Source: an uncultured bacterium
GTDB taxonomy: Bacteria; Desulfobacterota_D; UBA1144; Nemesobacterales; UBA2774
Assembly: GCA_963825135.1 (NCBI GenBank)
Contig: CAWGRW010000009.1
Span: forward strand, 2,144,001 to 2,208,000
Direction of reading: 5' to 3'
Length of the DNA: 64,000 nucleotides
The position numbers and the translations under genes were made by a program. The notes beneath the pieces are model-generated. The model was given only the letters and a program-made list of their open reading frames with translations. It did no database searches and was not told the origin of the DNA. This document shows, one piece after another, positions 10,329 through 20,444 of this stretch (its first letter is position 1; each line of letters opens with the position of its first letter).

Positions 10329-10791
10329 AGATATTACATTAGCCAATACACTGAACCTGCCCCGCGTCAGGTCAGCGGGGGGGCTCGTTTATAACGACAA
10401 TTACCACATCCTTCTGATATTCAAGCGCGGTAAGTGGGACCTGCCTAAGGGCCGTTTCGAGATGGGCTCCGACCCGCTTGAGACTGCGCTAAGGGAGATC
10501 AGCGAGGAGACCGGCCTCGACAAGAACAAGCTCACTATTCAGGGGAAGCTCGTGTCCACCTGGCATACGACGAGACACGAGAAGACGAAATACCTGAAAA
10601 AGACCCATTGGTACCTCGTCCACTATCACGGCGAGGATTCGGACGTAGCTCCCCAGTTCAGAGAGGGAATAATAGAGTGCCGCTGGGTGCACCTTCCCGA
10701 TCTCGACAAGTACCGGTCGCTCCTGCTTCCGAGGATAGAGTACGTAATAGATTTCTGGCTCCAGAACCTGGCGTACGCGCCCCGTTTCTGA
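10321..10791 (+). CDS. Nudix hydrolase
   Basis: Nudix box WDLPKG..E......ALREISEETG; overlaps the ppk2 stop. Confidence 0.9.
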   Translation: MDEDITLANTLNLPRVRSAGGLVYNDNYHILLIFKRGKWDLPKGRFEMGSDPLETALREISEETGLDKNKLTIQGKLVSTWHTTRHEKTKYLKKTHWYLVHYHGEDSDVAPQFREGIIECRWVHLPDLDKYRSLLLPRIEYVIDFWLQNLAYAPRF

Positions 10792-10895
10792 CAAACTGCA
10801 GCGATCTGACACGAAAACAGGGTTTGACAAGGTACCTTGAACCGACGGGAACGACAGGCCGGGGGTTTGATGTCCGGAGTATTTATCCGGGCTTA

Positions 10896-11237
10896 TTATT
10901 TTACGAGCTTATTGATCCTTTCTTTATAAGCTGCGTTTACAGTGTCCTCCGGGTCATCGACTATCTCCACCCCCATACTGCCGGAGAGGCTCCCAACGAG
11001 GCGGGTGGACCATTTGACGACGCCTTCTATCCGACTTTCCTGACCCTCTTTTCCCGAATCCCCCTCTTCCTGGAAGGCTATTACTATCCTGGTGCCGGCG
11101 GGGAATATATTACGCGCCTCTATTACGAGACCCTGCTCGGAAATGTTAACGGCGTACCCCATAAACGTCGGGTTCTCTTTACCGAGCCTTATCCTCTTCC
11201 TGAAGTTGAGCCTTCTCGATTTTCTTTTCTCGCCCAA
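10896..11237 (-). CDS. single-domain PilZ protein
   Basis: RKSRR (RxxxR) and NISEQG (D/NxSxxG) motifs; GVVKW..MGVE. Confidence 0.85.
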   Translation of the reverse strand: MGEKRKSRRLNFRKRIRLGKENPTFMGYAVNISEQGLVIEARNIFPAGTRIVIAFQEEGDSGKEGQESRIEGVVKWSTRLVGSLSGSMGVEIVDDPEDTVNAAYKERINKLVK

Positions 11238-11415
11238 TTTGGTACCCCTCGCAAATTATAACTCTGTTTCTACCGTCCGGTTATAGGGTTTTAACATCCG
11301 GGAAGACCGGCGCGAATCCGGGGGGTCTCCGCGTATGATGATTTACACATCATTCCGATATGGTTAAAATTCATGGAGGAAAGGACTAAAGGTTTCGGCA
11401 TTACCGGCATCTAAC

Positions 11416-13212
11416 ATGAATCACTATGGTTCTATAATTTATGAGGCGGGGGCCTTCGTATCCTTATTCGTCGTTCTCGCCGTCTGTTCCCAACCCTGCC
11501 CGGCCGATGAAGAGCACGACTGGAGGAGCGATTGGGGTATCCAGGAGGGTTTCAATATAGCCGTCGATACCGAAGGGTTTTCTTTCCCCTCTGCGATAGC
11601 GTTTGTCCCCGATCCGGGAAAAGGGCCGAAAGATCCGCTCTACTTCGTACTTGAGCTAAGGGGGAAGGTTAAAGTCGTCACTAACGACAGAAGCGTTTAT
11701 ACGTTTGCCGAGGGCTTCATCAATTTCACTCCTCCGAAGGAGCTGCCCGACACCTCCGGGGAGAACGGCCTTACAGGCATATGCCTCGACCCCGAAAACG
11801 GGTACGTCTTCGTTACTTTCGTTTACCAGGACGAGAATAATATTATGCGGAACAATGTCGCTAGGTTCGATACCACGCCCGGTACGTTTTCGCAGAAGCC
11901 CCTCTCAATGACAACGTTCACGGATGTATTCTCGAGGGAAGGCTCAAGCCCCGCCCACCAGATTGGCCCCTGTCAGGTCTATGAAAACACCCTGTTCGTA
12001 TCGGTCGGAGACGGGTACTTAATATTTCCCGGATCTCGCAATTACTTTAGGAGCCAGGACGAGAATTCCGTTCTCGGAAAAATTCTCCGTATGACTCTCG
12101 ACGGCAAACCCGTAAGGTCGAACCCCTATTACGTCGATGACGATATTACGAAAGCCAGGAACTATGTGTGGGCAGCAGGTTTTAGGAACCCCTTCGGGCT
12201 CAAGATAGTAGACGGGCGTGTGTTCGTCGCGGACAACGGCCCCTTGTTGGACAGGTTCATCGAAGTTCACAAAGGGGAGAACTACCTCTGGGACGGTTCG
12301 GATATGAGCATAGCGACGAATGCGGACGTTGTATTCGCGCCGGCCGCCGGCGTGGCGCAGCTCGATTACTACCCGGAGGGCCTGAATGCCTTCCCCGAAC
12401 GGTTCAGGGGGAAATTTTATCAAACACTATGCGGCGATCCTAAAGACGATTCGACTTTAAAGAAAGGACGGACTGTGGTCTTGCTGGATTACAGCTTCGA
12501 ACAAAACAAGGTTCTCAGCCCGCCTTCAACGTTTCTCGCGTACCGTGGTTCTGGTTCTCAAGCGCTCGTCGGGTTAGCAATCGGCCCTGACGGGCTTTAC
12601 TTCGTACCGATTATGCCCATTTCGGACGGCAGGAGCGTTGTGTTCAAGGTGTCCTATGAACCGGAAAGCGAGCACCCGTATACTCTGGGAAATGAGACGA
12701 GCGCGCCCAGACTCCTCGAAGAGCGCGGCTGCTACGGCTGCCACACGTACGGCGGGAACGATTGGGGAAAAGCGGGCCCCAGCCTCGACAGCGACTTGCT
12801 CGTTCAGAGTATCAGCGCCAGGCTCTCAAGCGAAGAATACATAAAGAGTGTGAAGAAGCTCGACAGTCAGGAGAATGAACCTTACAAAAGCTACAGAGAA
12901 GAAAGGTCGGAAGTGATGGGGAAGAAGGGTATCGAAAAGATCAGGACCTGGGTAAAATACCATATTATCGAGCCCAAATTCGATAATCCTTATTCTCTAA
13001 TGCCCAATCTCGGAATCGGCGAATCGGAATCGGAAACGTTGTCCATGTTCCTGATCCCCGACGAGCCTCCTTTGATGGTTCGGATGGGGCGGATTCTATA
13101 TAAAGTGCTTCCCGAGCTCAAGTACAGGTATCTGGCCTATTCTTTTCTCCTGGGGTTTGCCGTAGCCCTTGTAATTGCGGGCGGGTACATGTTTATCAAA
13201 AGACGGAAATAA
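11416..13212 (+). CDS. PQQ-type glucose/sorbosone dehydrogenase family beta-propeller fused to cytochrome c, with C-terminal membrane anchor
   Basis: GKILRMTLDG..NPY, GFRNPFGL, GLAIGPDGLYF; CYGCH heme motif and distal MP; terminal TM helix plus KRRK. Confidence 0.85.
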   Translation: MNHYGSIIYEAGAFVSLFVVLAVCSQPCPADEEHDWRSDWGIQEGFNIAVDTEGFSFPSAIAFVPDPGKGPKDPLYFVLELRGKVKVVTNDRSVYTFAEGFINFTPPKELPDTSGENGLTGICLDPENGYVFVTFVYQDENNIMRNNVARFDTTPGTFSQKPLSMTTFTDVFSREGSSPAHQIGPCQVYENTLFVSVGDGYLIFPGSRNYFRSQDENSVLGKILRMTLDGKPVRSNPYYVDDDITKARNYVWAAGFRNPFGLKIVDGRVFVADNGPLLDRFIEVHKGENYLWDGSDMSIATNADVVFAPAAGVAQLDYYPEGLNAFPERFRGKFYQTLCGDPKDDSTLKKGRTVVLLDYSFEQNKVLSPPSTFLAYRGSGSQALVGLAIGPDGLYFVPIMPISDGRSVVFKVSYEPESEHPYTLGNETSAPRLLEERGCYGCHTYGGNDWGKAGPSLDSDLLVQSISARLSSEEYIKSVKKLDSQENEPYKSYREERSEVMGKKGIEKIRTWVKYHIIEPKFDNPYSLMPNLGIGESESETLSMFLIPDEPPLMVRMGRILYKVLPELKYRYLAYSFLLGFAVALVIAGGYMFIKRRK

Positions 13213-13372
13213 ATCCCCCGCTCTAATGCAGCTGCATACTATATAAACAAGGCGGCGGTATCCCCCGCCGCGTCGTCCCCGCACGCCTTTACTAATCGCG
13301 GTTTACGAAATATCATCATGCGGGCGGACCCGGAGTTGCTTAATCCGGCATAACTCCGCTTACTGCAATAGT

Positions 13373-15301
13373 ATGAGAAATAAATTTTTACTGTCCAAAG
13401 TGATATACGGTATGCTAATTTTTTACACGGCCTCTTCGTCCGGGCAGGAGGAAAACCCCGGCCTCTCTAACTCCGAGACCCTCGATCCGGTCGTTGTAAC
13501 CGGGACTGCGTATCCGGCCGGGCTCAGCAAAAGCACGGGGAGCGTCACGGTTTTAACCGAAGAAGATATCGAAGCGAGTCACGCGGTGAGCGTGGGGGAG
13601 GTTCTGGAACAGGTCCCCGGTCTCTACGTCGATCAGCCCGCCTCACGGGGAGGGGTGACGTCGGTTTATATACGAGGCGGCGATCCGAACTTCACCCTCG
13701 TCCTCATCGACGGGGTGAAGGTGAACGACCCCACGAACAGCCGGGGCGGGTCGTTCGATTTCTCCTCGCTAAGCACGGACAACATCGAGCGCATCGAGAT
13801 CGTGCGCGACCCGATGTCGTCCCTCTACGGCTCGGATGCGCTCAGCGGAGTGATTAATATCATCATGAAGAAGGGCGAGGGGAGGCCCAAAGCGTCTGCC
13901 GAAGCTATGGCCGGGAGATACGGGCAGTATCAGTTCCTTGGCGGCGTCTCGGGGGCCGGGTCTTTCTATGATTACTCCGTTACGGGTTCCTGGCTCGACG
14001 ACGGGGAGCAGGTGGAGGGGAGCGCGTTCAAAAGCCCGAGCGTGACCGCGAACCTGGGGCTTATCAACCGGGACGATATGGAGATAACCTCCACCATGAG
14101 GTATTCGCACATAGACAGCACCAGCTTCCCGGACGACAGCGGAGGTCCTGAGTTTGCGGTGCTCAGGGGGACAGACGACAGGAATATCGACCAGTTCCTC
14201 ATTGGGCTCAATTACACGCACAGCCCCGCCCTATGGTGGGAGTACGGGATTAAGCTCGGGTACTACGACAATAAAGAAAAATTTTCATCACCCGGAATCG
14301 CGCCGGGCGAGCGCGACCCTTTCGGCATACCTCCCAACGAATCCGACAGCGACTATAAAAACTATGACGCGAATATTACGAGCACATTTTCCCCTTATGA
14401 GGGTCTCGATATTGTCGCGGGGTTCGAGGCTGAAATTCAGGACGGGTCGAGCCGCGGCATGATCCTCGGCGAATTCCCCCTGCCCGCTTCGTTCGACCTG
14501 AGCAGATATATATTGTCCCCTTATGCGGAAATCCAGTTCGGCATGATCGAGAACCTTTACGTCGTGCTTGGCGCGAGGGAGGACTTCCCGGAGGGATTCG
14601 ACCCGGTTTTCAGTCCGAGGGCCGGGGTATCCTACACAATCGCCGCGACCGACACTATACTCCGGGGGAGCTTTGGAGAAGGGTTCAAGCTGCCGTCGTT
14701 TTTCTCCCTCGCGAACCCGATAGTAGGCAACCCCGACCTCGTGCCCGAGGAGAGCAGGAGCCTCGACCTGGGCATCACACAAGGGGTCTGGGACGACAGG
14801 CTGAGCGCGCTGTTCAACGTCTATTACAACGAGTTCAAGAACCTCATAGACTTCGAGGAAGGGCCTCCGCCTATACTCGTCAATCGCTCCCGGGTGACGG
14901 TCAAGGGGTTCGAGCTGATTGGGAACATCCGCCCCTGGGACGAGCTGACATTGAGCGGGAGCGTGAGTTACGCGGACAGCGATATCAAGGGCACGGGCGA
15001 AGAGCTCAGGAACCGCCCGAGGTGGTGGGGAGAGCTCTCCCTCCTCTACAGTCCTTCGCCTACCGTCAAGTTCAGCCTGGACGCCGTATTTACGGGGAGC
15101 GTTCCCGATTCCTCGATACCGACCGGGGACGTAACGCTCGACCCTTACGACGTTTACAATATCGCACTGACCTGGACGCCGTCCGACAGGATAAGGGTGT
15201 ATGTAGCGGTCGATAACCTGTTCAGCGAGGAGTACGAGCAGTTCGTCGGCTTTCCTGCGCCGGGGGTGAGCCTGAGAGCGGGTATCAGGCTCACCTTCTA
15301 A
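13373..15301 (+). CDS. TonB-dependent receptor
   Basis: TonB box DPVVVTG, plug motifs LVLIDG and IERIEIVR..SSLYGSDALSGVINI, C-terminal Phe. Confidence 0.95.
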   Translation: MRNKFLLSKVIYGMLIFYTASSSGQEENPGLSNSETLDPVVVTGTAYPAGLSKSTGSVTVLTEEDIEASHAVSVGEVLEQVPGLYVDQPASRGGVTSVYIRGGDPNFTLVLIDGVKVNDPTNSRGGSFDFSSLSTDNIERIEIVRDPMSSLYGSDALSGVINIIMKKGEGRPKASAEAMAGRYGQYQFLGGVSGAGSFYDYSVTGSWLDDGEQVEGSAFKSPSVTANLGLINRDDMEITSTMRYSHIDSTSFPDDSGGPEFAVLRGTDDRNIDQFLIGLNYTHSPALWWEYGIKLGYYDNKEKFSSPGIAPGERDPFGIPPNESDSDYKNYDANITSTFSPYEGLDIVAGFEAEIQDGSSRGMILGEFPLPASFDLSRYILSPYAEIQFGMIENLYVVLGAREDFPEGFDPVFSPRAGVSYTIAATDTILRGSFGEGFKLPSFFSLANPIVGNPDLVPEESRSLDLGITQGVWDDRLSALFNVYYNEFKNLIDFEEGPPPILVNRSRVTVKGFELIGNIRPWDELTLSGSVSYADSDIKGTGEELRNRPRWWGELSLLYSPSPTVKFSLDAVFTGSVPDSSIPTGDVTLDPYDVYNIALTWTPSDRIRVYVAVDNLFSEEYEQFVGFPAPGVSLRAGIRLTF

Positions 15302-15493
15302 TCCCCCCCCCCACATCGTGTGGCGCAGAACCTGCGCTCGAATACGATCCTGCTGAATCTCCTCAGCTCAAATCAGCAACTGCGATAATTTCGATTGTCA
15401 GCGGCGACTCGCCGCCCCGTTCGTCCAATCTGCGCTGATATACGACATCTATGCTACTCCTTCGCTTCCGCTAATCAATCAAGGTAGCGCATC

Positions 15494-15530
15494 TGTCCTG
15501 AGCGAAGTCGAAGTGTCGAAGGATTGAACG
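15494..15530. repeat. degenerate REP-like element
   Basis: GTCCTGAGCGAAGTCGAAG..GTCGAAGGATTGAACGG resembles widespread CTGAGC..GTCGAAG extragenic repeats; single copy here. Confidence 0.35.
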
Positions 15531-15602
15531 GGTTATACGCTCATATGTCCGCGTCGGCTAACCGGACATAATGATGGAAAACTCTTTTTTCAACATTCTG
15601 GT

Positions 15603-16139
15603 TTAAGCAATCACTTTTCTTTTCCTAAAGACAACCACGCCAATAATCCCTAAAGCTGCCGCCAAAGCTATAAATCCCCATTGGGAAAGTACCGGGATGT
15701 TATCGGGTGACGGCCTGTTAAGAAAAGTGCAGACAACGCCCGAGTCCGTACCGCTTACGAGACATCCCGCCTGAAACCCGTTTTCTAACTTGGTAAACGT
15801 CATATTGGGAGATGCGGTGCACTGGATATCCGCGAGCTCCCATCCTTCCTGCGCTGCTTCCGTTATCGTAATATTGTCTCCCTTGGATATAAATACATCC
15901 GTGGGTATCGTATTCGAGGTAACGGAGAGCGGAGATTCAATTCCGTTTAAGACCTGGTTAAATTCAAATTCCACGTTCTTTGCGGTTGTCACTTCTTTCA
16001 CAATTCTAATCAGACAGTCACTCTGAGAATAGCTCCTTTTGGTTGATAGGACCAGAAAACTCGAAACAATAATTACTAACAATAAAACCTTGAAAATACC
16101 GTTCCCCACTCTTATCGCCAGCTTGCATGGTCTTTTCAT
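15603..16139 (-). CDS. IPTL-CTERM sorting-domain protein
   Basis: Signal peptide; C-terminal IPVLSQWGFIALAAALGIIGVVVFRKRK; AGGAGG RBS. Confidence 0.88.
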   Translation of the reverse strand: MKRPCKLAIRVGNGIFKVLLLVIIVSSFLVLSTKRSYSQSDCLIRIVKEVTTAKNVEFEFNQVLNGIESPLSVTSNTIPTDVFISKGDNITITEAAQEGWELADIQCTASPNMTFTKLENGFQAGCLVSGTDSGVVCTFLNRPSPDNIPVLSQWGFIALAAALGIIGVVVFRKRKVIA

Positions 16140-16408
16140 GTCGATCCTCCTCAAAGGAATAACCCAATATTCATTATACGATTTCTCATGAGCCGTTACA
16201 ATCGTTTGCCTAATACCCCGCGGATGACCGGGAAAAGGGTGCAATCGGCATTGAATATGTGATACTGCCCGGGAAACAAGAATTGGGCTTAATCCGTTTT
16301 ATTCGAACGTTCCCTCCTTGAAATCCTGATAACCTATAGCAACAATTTAACAATCTTCACCTAGTTTTGTATAATCCCGGCAACGATACGTGAATTAAAG
16401 GAGGCAAA

Positions 16409-16699
16409 ATGTCGAGAAGCGGAATCAATTTATTCCCATCGGTCGTTATTCTATTTATTACATTCGCAATCTGGTCTCAGGATGCAAACGCTCAAACCTA
16501 CCTGTCTGTCGGCCCGCAGACGAGTGTGCCGGAGAACACGGTAACCGGGGGCGGATGGACCGAGTATTACCGGGATCTCTACAGTAACCATCTAGATGCC
16601 GAAACAGTGTTAAGAAGCTGTCCAGGAAGCCGGTTGATGCTATCCTGTCGACCGACCGGAAGCTCTACACTGGCCCTGCTCGCGCTTATCTGCGCGTAG
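16409..16699 (+). pseudogene. probably truncated secreted protein
   Basis: Good RBS and signal peptide, but the ORF stops after GPQTSVP..GGW..CPGSRLMLSCR..TLALLA with no anchor, where the convergent Hint gene ends. Confidence 0.5.
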
Positions 16700-16762
16700 C
16701 AACCAGTCTCCGCCTTGAGCACGCATGAACTCGTTCTACTGCGGAGAGTCCTGCTCCAGGCG

Positions 16763-17383
16763 TTAGCCGAAGAAAGGTTGAATCTCCGGCTGAAGAACCT
16801 TACGGATAAAAAAGCCGGAATTCCGGGAAAGCGTGCTCCCGAGCAGAACCCCGTTAGCCCAGTAAAACCCGGTATCTCCTGCGGGGAGTAAATCATATGT
16901 ATAGCCACCACTGTATAGTACTTTTTCTATCGATGTCAGCTTCGCCCCATCTATAATATCGCCCGGAATTAAATCGCTTATTATTCTCTCATCTGCGGTG
17001 GGATGACTGCCTGAAACGTACAGCTTTTTTCCGTCATTTAAAATGAGATGAAATACTACATGACTATTGGGCACCGAAACTTTCGATACTAACTCTATCG
17101 GCTGTATTACCTTGTTTCCGTCCATGTCCAGAGTATATACGGGCATCCCCGGTCTCAATTCAATCATTGGAATATTCCCTTGTGGTGTGGCGATTAACGT
17201 GTCAAATGATAGGCAACCACCCATCCCGTCGTTGCTCTGCGCGTTCGCAGTCGTGAGGTTGAGCTTCTGGTTAAGCATCATGACCGATATGACCGTCGGG
17301 ATGATGAAAGCGCCTTTCGTTAACTTCTCAAGGAACTCACGCCTCTCGGGATTAACGTTGTCCAAATATTTTTTGTCCTTCAT
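16763..17383 (-). CDS. Hint (intein-like) domain protein with twin-arginine-like leader
   Basis: GG|CLSFDTLIATPQG block A, SGSH block B, TYDL..FYWANGVL; leader RREFL..AFIIPTV; GGAGGG RBS before ATG 17383. Confidence 0.85.
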   Translation of the reverse strand: MKDKKYLDNVNPERREFLEKLTKGAFIIPTVISVMMLNQKLNLTTANAQSNDGMGGCLSFDTLIATPQGNIPMIELRPGMPVYTLDMDGNKVIQPIELVSKVSVPNSHVVFHLILNDGKKLYVSGSHPTADERIISDLIPGDIIDGAKLTSIEKVLYSGGYTYDLLPAGDTGFYWANGVLLGSTLSRNSGFFIRKVLQPEIQPFFG

Positions 17384-17915
17384 GGAAATACCCTCCGTTG
17401 TATTCTGGTTAGATACGAGAATGTTTATTTCACAGTATATCACGGCCGGTATTTCCCGTAAAGCGGTAGGCGGTCTATGAAGCCTTACTCGGAACATGGA
17501 GACCCGATTCCCGTCCGAGGCTCTGCTTCGACTTGAACTGACGGGTAGATGCCCGGCAGAACGGCCGGTGACGAACCTTACCGACCGGGTTTTCGGGCCC
17601 GGCCCGGCATACGCCTTTTTCCATACCGGGCTCTCTCCCTTAATACCTTGGTATCGGCGATAATATATACCTTTGTCCAATTGTCGCCCGGACGGCCGGA
17701 GGTTAATCTCAATTCCTGTACAAAAAAAATCCCCCGAGAGTATGGTCTCTCGGAGGACTTGACGCCGATACTTTTGGTCTGCACCGGCATTGAGGTATGG
17801 CTCAAAGCTAAAATTAGTTACATATAGGAGTCGTGTCAATACCTGTTATCGACTCCGAATCGAGCGGCCAGGGCGTCCGGTCTTCCCCGCATCTCGGACA
17901 GGGAAGGGGAGAGAT

Positions 17916-18353
17916 ATGGGGTTATTCCCAAAAGGCAGGAAGGGGACCGGTCGCCCGGGGTTTTTCCTGATTTCAGTCCTGACAATCTATACGCTCGACT
18001 GCGCGTCGTCGGCCCGCCCGGAGCTTGAGGATGCAATACTATCCCTCCCCGGGAGCGAGCTTGAGGTGAACGTCAAGTATCCCGACAAGTACGACCCCTC
18101 GACGGGGCGGGAAGGGTTCTCCTGTAAATTTTCTGAGAAGGGCTGCGCCGGTACGTTCAACACGGAGGGCTCGCGTATAGACGTACCTCCGTCACTCGAC
18201 GCCCTCGGTCACGAGATGGAACACTGGATCAACTTCATGCTCTACGGCGAGACGCACGACGAGGACCCGAACGACCTTTCCAATATCTGCAATATCCCTT
18301 CCTACTGCCACCTGTATTCCGAATCGAGGAACCTTTTGTCCTGCCGGCAGTGA
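17916..18353 (+). CDS. hypothetical exported protein with HExxH motif
   Basis: Hydrophobic N-terminal segment; LGHEMEH zincin-like motif. Confidence 0.55.
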   Translation: MGLFPKGRKGTGRPGFFLISVLTIYTLDCASSARPELEDAILSLPGSELEVNVKYPDKYDPSTGREGFSCKFSEKGCAGTFNTEGSRIDVPPSLDALGHEMEHWINFMLYGETHDEDPNDLSNICNIPSYCHLYSESRNLLSCRQ

Positions 18354-18450
18354 GTTTACGGACTAATAAGCTGTAGCCGGGGCGCGAAGCTGCACTCTCC
18401 TGATATGCACCTTTCTCTCCTAAGCGCCCCTGCTATTGTTTCCGGGAGGT

Positions 18451-19902
18451 TCAGGCCGCGGGCGGAGTCCCGCCGGCTGTCTCCCCTCCGCTTCCTGCGG
18501 CGGCCGAAAGCCCGATTAGAAACGAGAAATAGAACGCGTTCGAGGGTATCTGCAGGTTGAAATCGACGAAGCTGTGAAGGAGTATCGAGAATATCCCCGT
18601 CAGCGCGCCCAGCAGTATGAAGAACCTGAAATAGTCCTCCTCCCCCGCGAGCCTGGTCAGCGATTTAAGCGATGCGTAAAGGAATATACCGAGCGCCGCC
18701 ATGAGTGACGCGAACCCGAGGACCCCGGTCTCGGCGATGAGCTGGAGGTAATCGTTGTGCGCGTATAGGTACACCAGGGGTTTTTCGACGGAGACCTTAT
18801 AGGGTGGATATGCGTAGGCGAACGTGCCCAACCCCGTACCGAAGAGGGGGAAATCCCCGATCATGACGAGCACATCCTTCCAGAGTTCCGTCCTCGAGGG
18901 GAGGTTCTCTCCGACGAGCAGGAATCTCTCGATTACGGGATAGAGACCGATGAACAATCCGAAGAAGACCGCGACCGCGAGAACGGTGTAAACCATCCTC
19001 CCGGGCCCCCTGCCTGACCGGATCAATCTCGTGCTCAGGAATGAGAAGAATACGAGCGAGACGAGAACGCTTAATATGCCCATCCTCGACCTGGAGAATA
19101 ATACCGCAAGGAACGCGATACCCAGCAGGAAAAGAAGAAGCACCTGTTTCTGAAAATTCTCCGAGGAAACTAGACGCCTCATGAGCGGCTTCCCAGCCGA
19201 ACCGGTCCAGTCCCCGAACGAAAGCACATAACCGAGCCCCAGCGGAAAACTCAATTCGAGGAATCCGGCATAGTGGTTCCGGTTGTAGTAGGACCCCGTG
19301 GCGTCTTCCGACCCCCCGCTCACCAGGTACTGGTATATGCCAAGGGCCGCCTCGATGAAAAGCATGGCGAAAACCGGCGCGAGCACGAGCCTTATCCATC
19401 CCGCTGACCTGAAGCTCCTCGAGACCGTGATCCCGAATGCGATACAGGCGAGCAGGAGGAGCGTTTTTCTAAGCGTCGCGTCCGGGTACACGCTTATCGT
19501 ATGGAAACCGTGCCCGACCCCCTCTCCCACCGACGAAAGCACCCTGCCTGCCGTTTCCCAGACCTCGAGACTCTTCCCCGATATAGCGCCCAGCACTGAG
19601 TCCGGGAGCGGGACAATCTGAAAGAGGCATATCAGAACGAATGCAAGGAGGGGCAGGTACGGCCTCGCGCGCACGAAAGGCTTTTCCCCTCCGGCCGTCA
19701 TTTTCAGGGTCCAGACGATGAAGAGCGAGAATGAGAGTACCTCTAGAAAGAGCACTGAACCCGGCCTAACGCTGCCTAGAGGCATGGGGGCAAAGACAAG
19801 CAGCGTCAGTGTGAGGATATATATGAGAATCTGGGCCGCCTTCCCAAATCCGATATGCGCCTCCTTTCGCGCTGCGATTCTGAGCTCCGGTGCGGCATTC
19901 AT
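18451..19902 (-). CDS. O-antigen ligase family (Wzy_C) membrane protein
   Basis: GSYYNRNHYAG, SRSRMG, PLFGTGLGTF, AHNDYLQ..ETG, HSFVDFNLQIP. Confidence 0.9.
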   Translation of the reverse strand: MNAAPELRIAARKEAHIGFGKAAQILIYILTLTLLVFAPMPLGSVRPGSVLFLEVLSFSLFIVWTLKMTAGGEKPFVRARPYLPLLAFVLICLFQIVPLPDSVLGAISGKSLEVWETAGRVLSSVGEGVGHGFHTISVYPDATLRKTLLLLACIAFGITVSRSFRSAGWIRLVLAPVFAMLFIEAALGIYQYLVSGGSEDATGSYYNRNHYAGFLELSFPLGLGYVLSFGDWTGSAGKPLMRRLVSSENFQKQVLLLFLLGIAFLAVLFSRSRMGILSVLVSLVFFSFLSTRLIRSGRGPGRMVYTVLAVAVFFGLFIGLYPVIERFLLVGENLPSRTELWKDVLVMIGDFPLFGTGLGTFAYAYPPYKVSVEKPLVYLYAHNDYLQLIAETGVLGFASLMAALGIFLYASLKSLTRLAGEEDYFRFFILLGALTGIFSILLHSFVDFNLQIPSNAFYFSFLIGLSAAAGSGGETAGGTPPAA

Positions 19903-20213
19903 GCCCGGCCGGGTGCTGTCCTACTCGCCGAAGTATAATGCCGTGTCCGGTTTTTGAAAAATAATTCACCGTCCGCACGGCTCTATAATGTTTTAGCTAC
20001 GGCACTATCTTTCTTATTTGTTTCACAAGACTTACAAAATAGTAGTCAATTAACTAAGGTGCCGGAACCAACCTTCACCCACCTCATCCGCCTTATGATA
20101 TTAGCACCGCAAGTTCTAATATATACAGGGAATTTCATTAATTTCGATACTACACTCAGGCTGATTCCTTTTCTTTCTAATTTAGCTATTTAAACAATGC
20201 CGCGGAATTAAGC

Positions 20214-20241
20214 TTGACAAATAACGGATGAACCCTAAAAT
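20214..20241 (+). promoter_or_regulatory. sigma70 promoter
   Basis: TTGACA-16 bp-TAAAAT immediately upstream of the riboswitch. Confidence 0.7.
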
Positions 20242-20255
20242 TAGCTATAGATGGA

Positions 20256-20353
20256 CCTAAGACGAAAGGGCAAAGCATCCGAAAGGGTGTTGCGCAAAGC
20301 TTGAGGCCTAAAAGCCTGAAAAGGCTCAAGGCGGCTCGGTTGCCGAAGTTAGG
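20256..20353 (+). ncRNA. cyclic di-GMP-I (GEMM-I) riboswitch
   Basis: GGGCAAA-GCATCC-GAAA-GGGTGT..GCAAAGC..GGCCTAAA-AGCCT-GAAA-AGGCT..GGCGGC..GGTTGCCGAA matches the GEMM-I layout; CCTAA/TTAGG closing stem. Confidence 0.88.
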
Positions 20354-20444
20354 AGTATTAGGATTACAAACCATTCCTGATTTCCCTTCCTTAACCAGGC
20401 TCCTCCCTTTCATTCCAGTTTTAGGCCCGTATGGGAGGTGTTTA

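Noticed and set aside
13213..13372. Cobalamin riboswitch before the TonB receptor
   Set aside because: No B12-box or conserved GGGAA/GCCACTG elements visible.
17384..17839. N-terminal extension of the Hint ORF given in the ORF track (358 aa)
   Set aside because: Low-plausibility sequence; a strong RBS supports the start at 17383.
20301..20444. N-terminal extension of the 295-aa ORF
   Set aside because: It overlaps the riboswitch; the RBS and signal peptide support the start at 20445.
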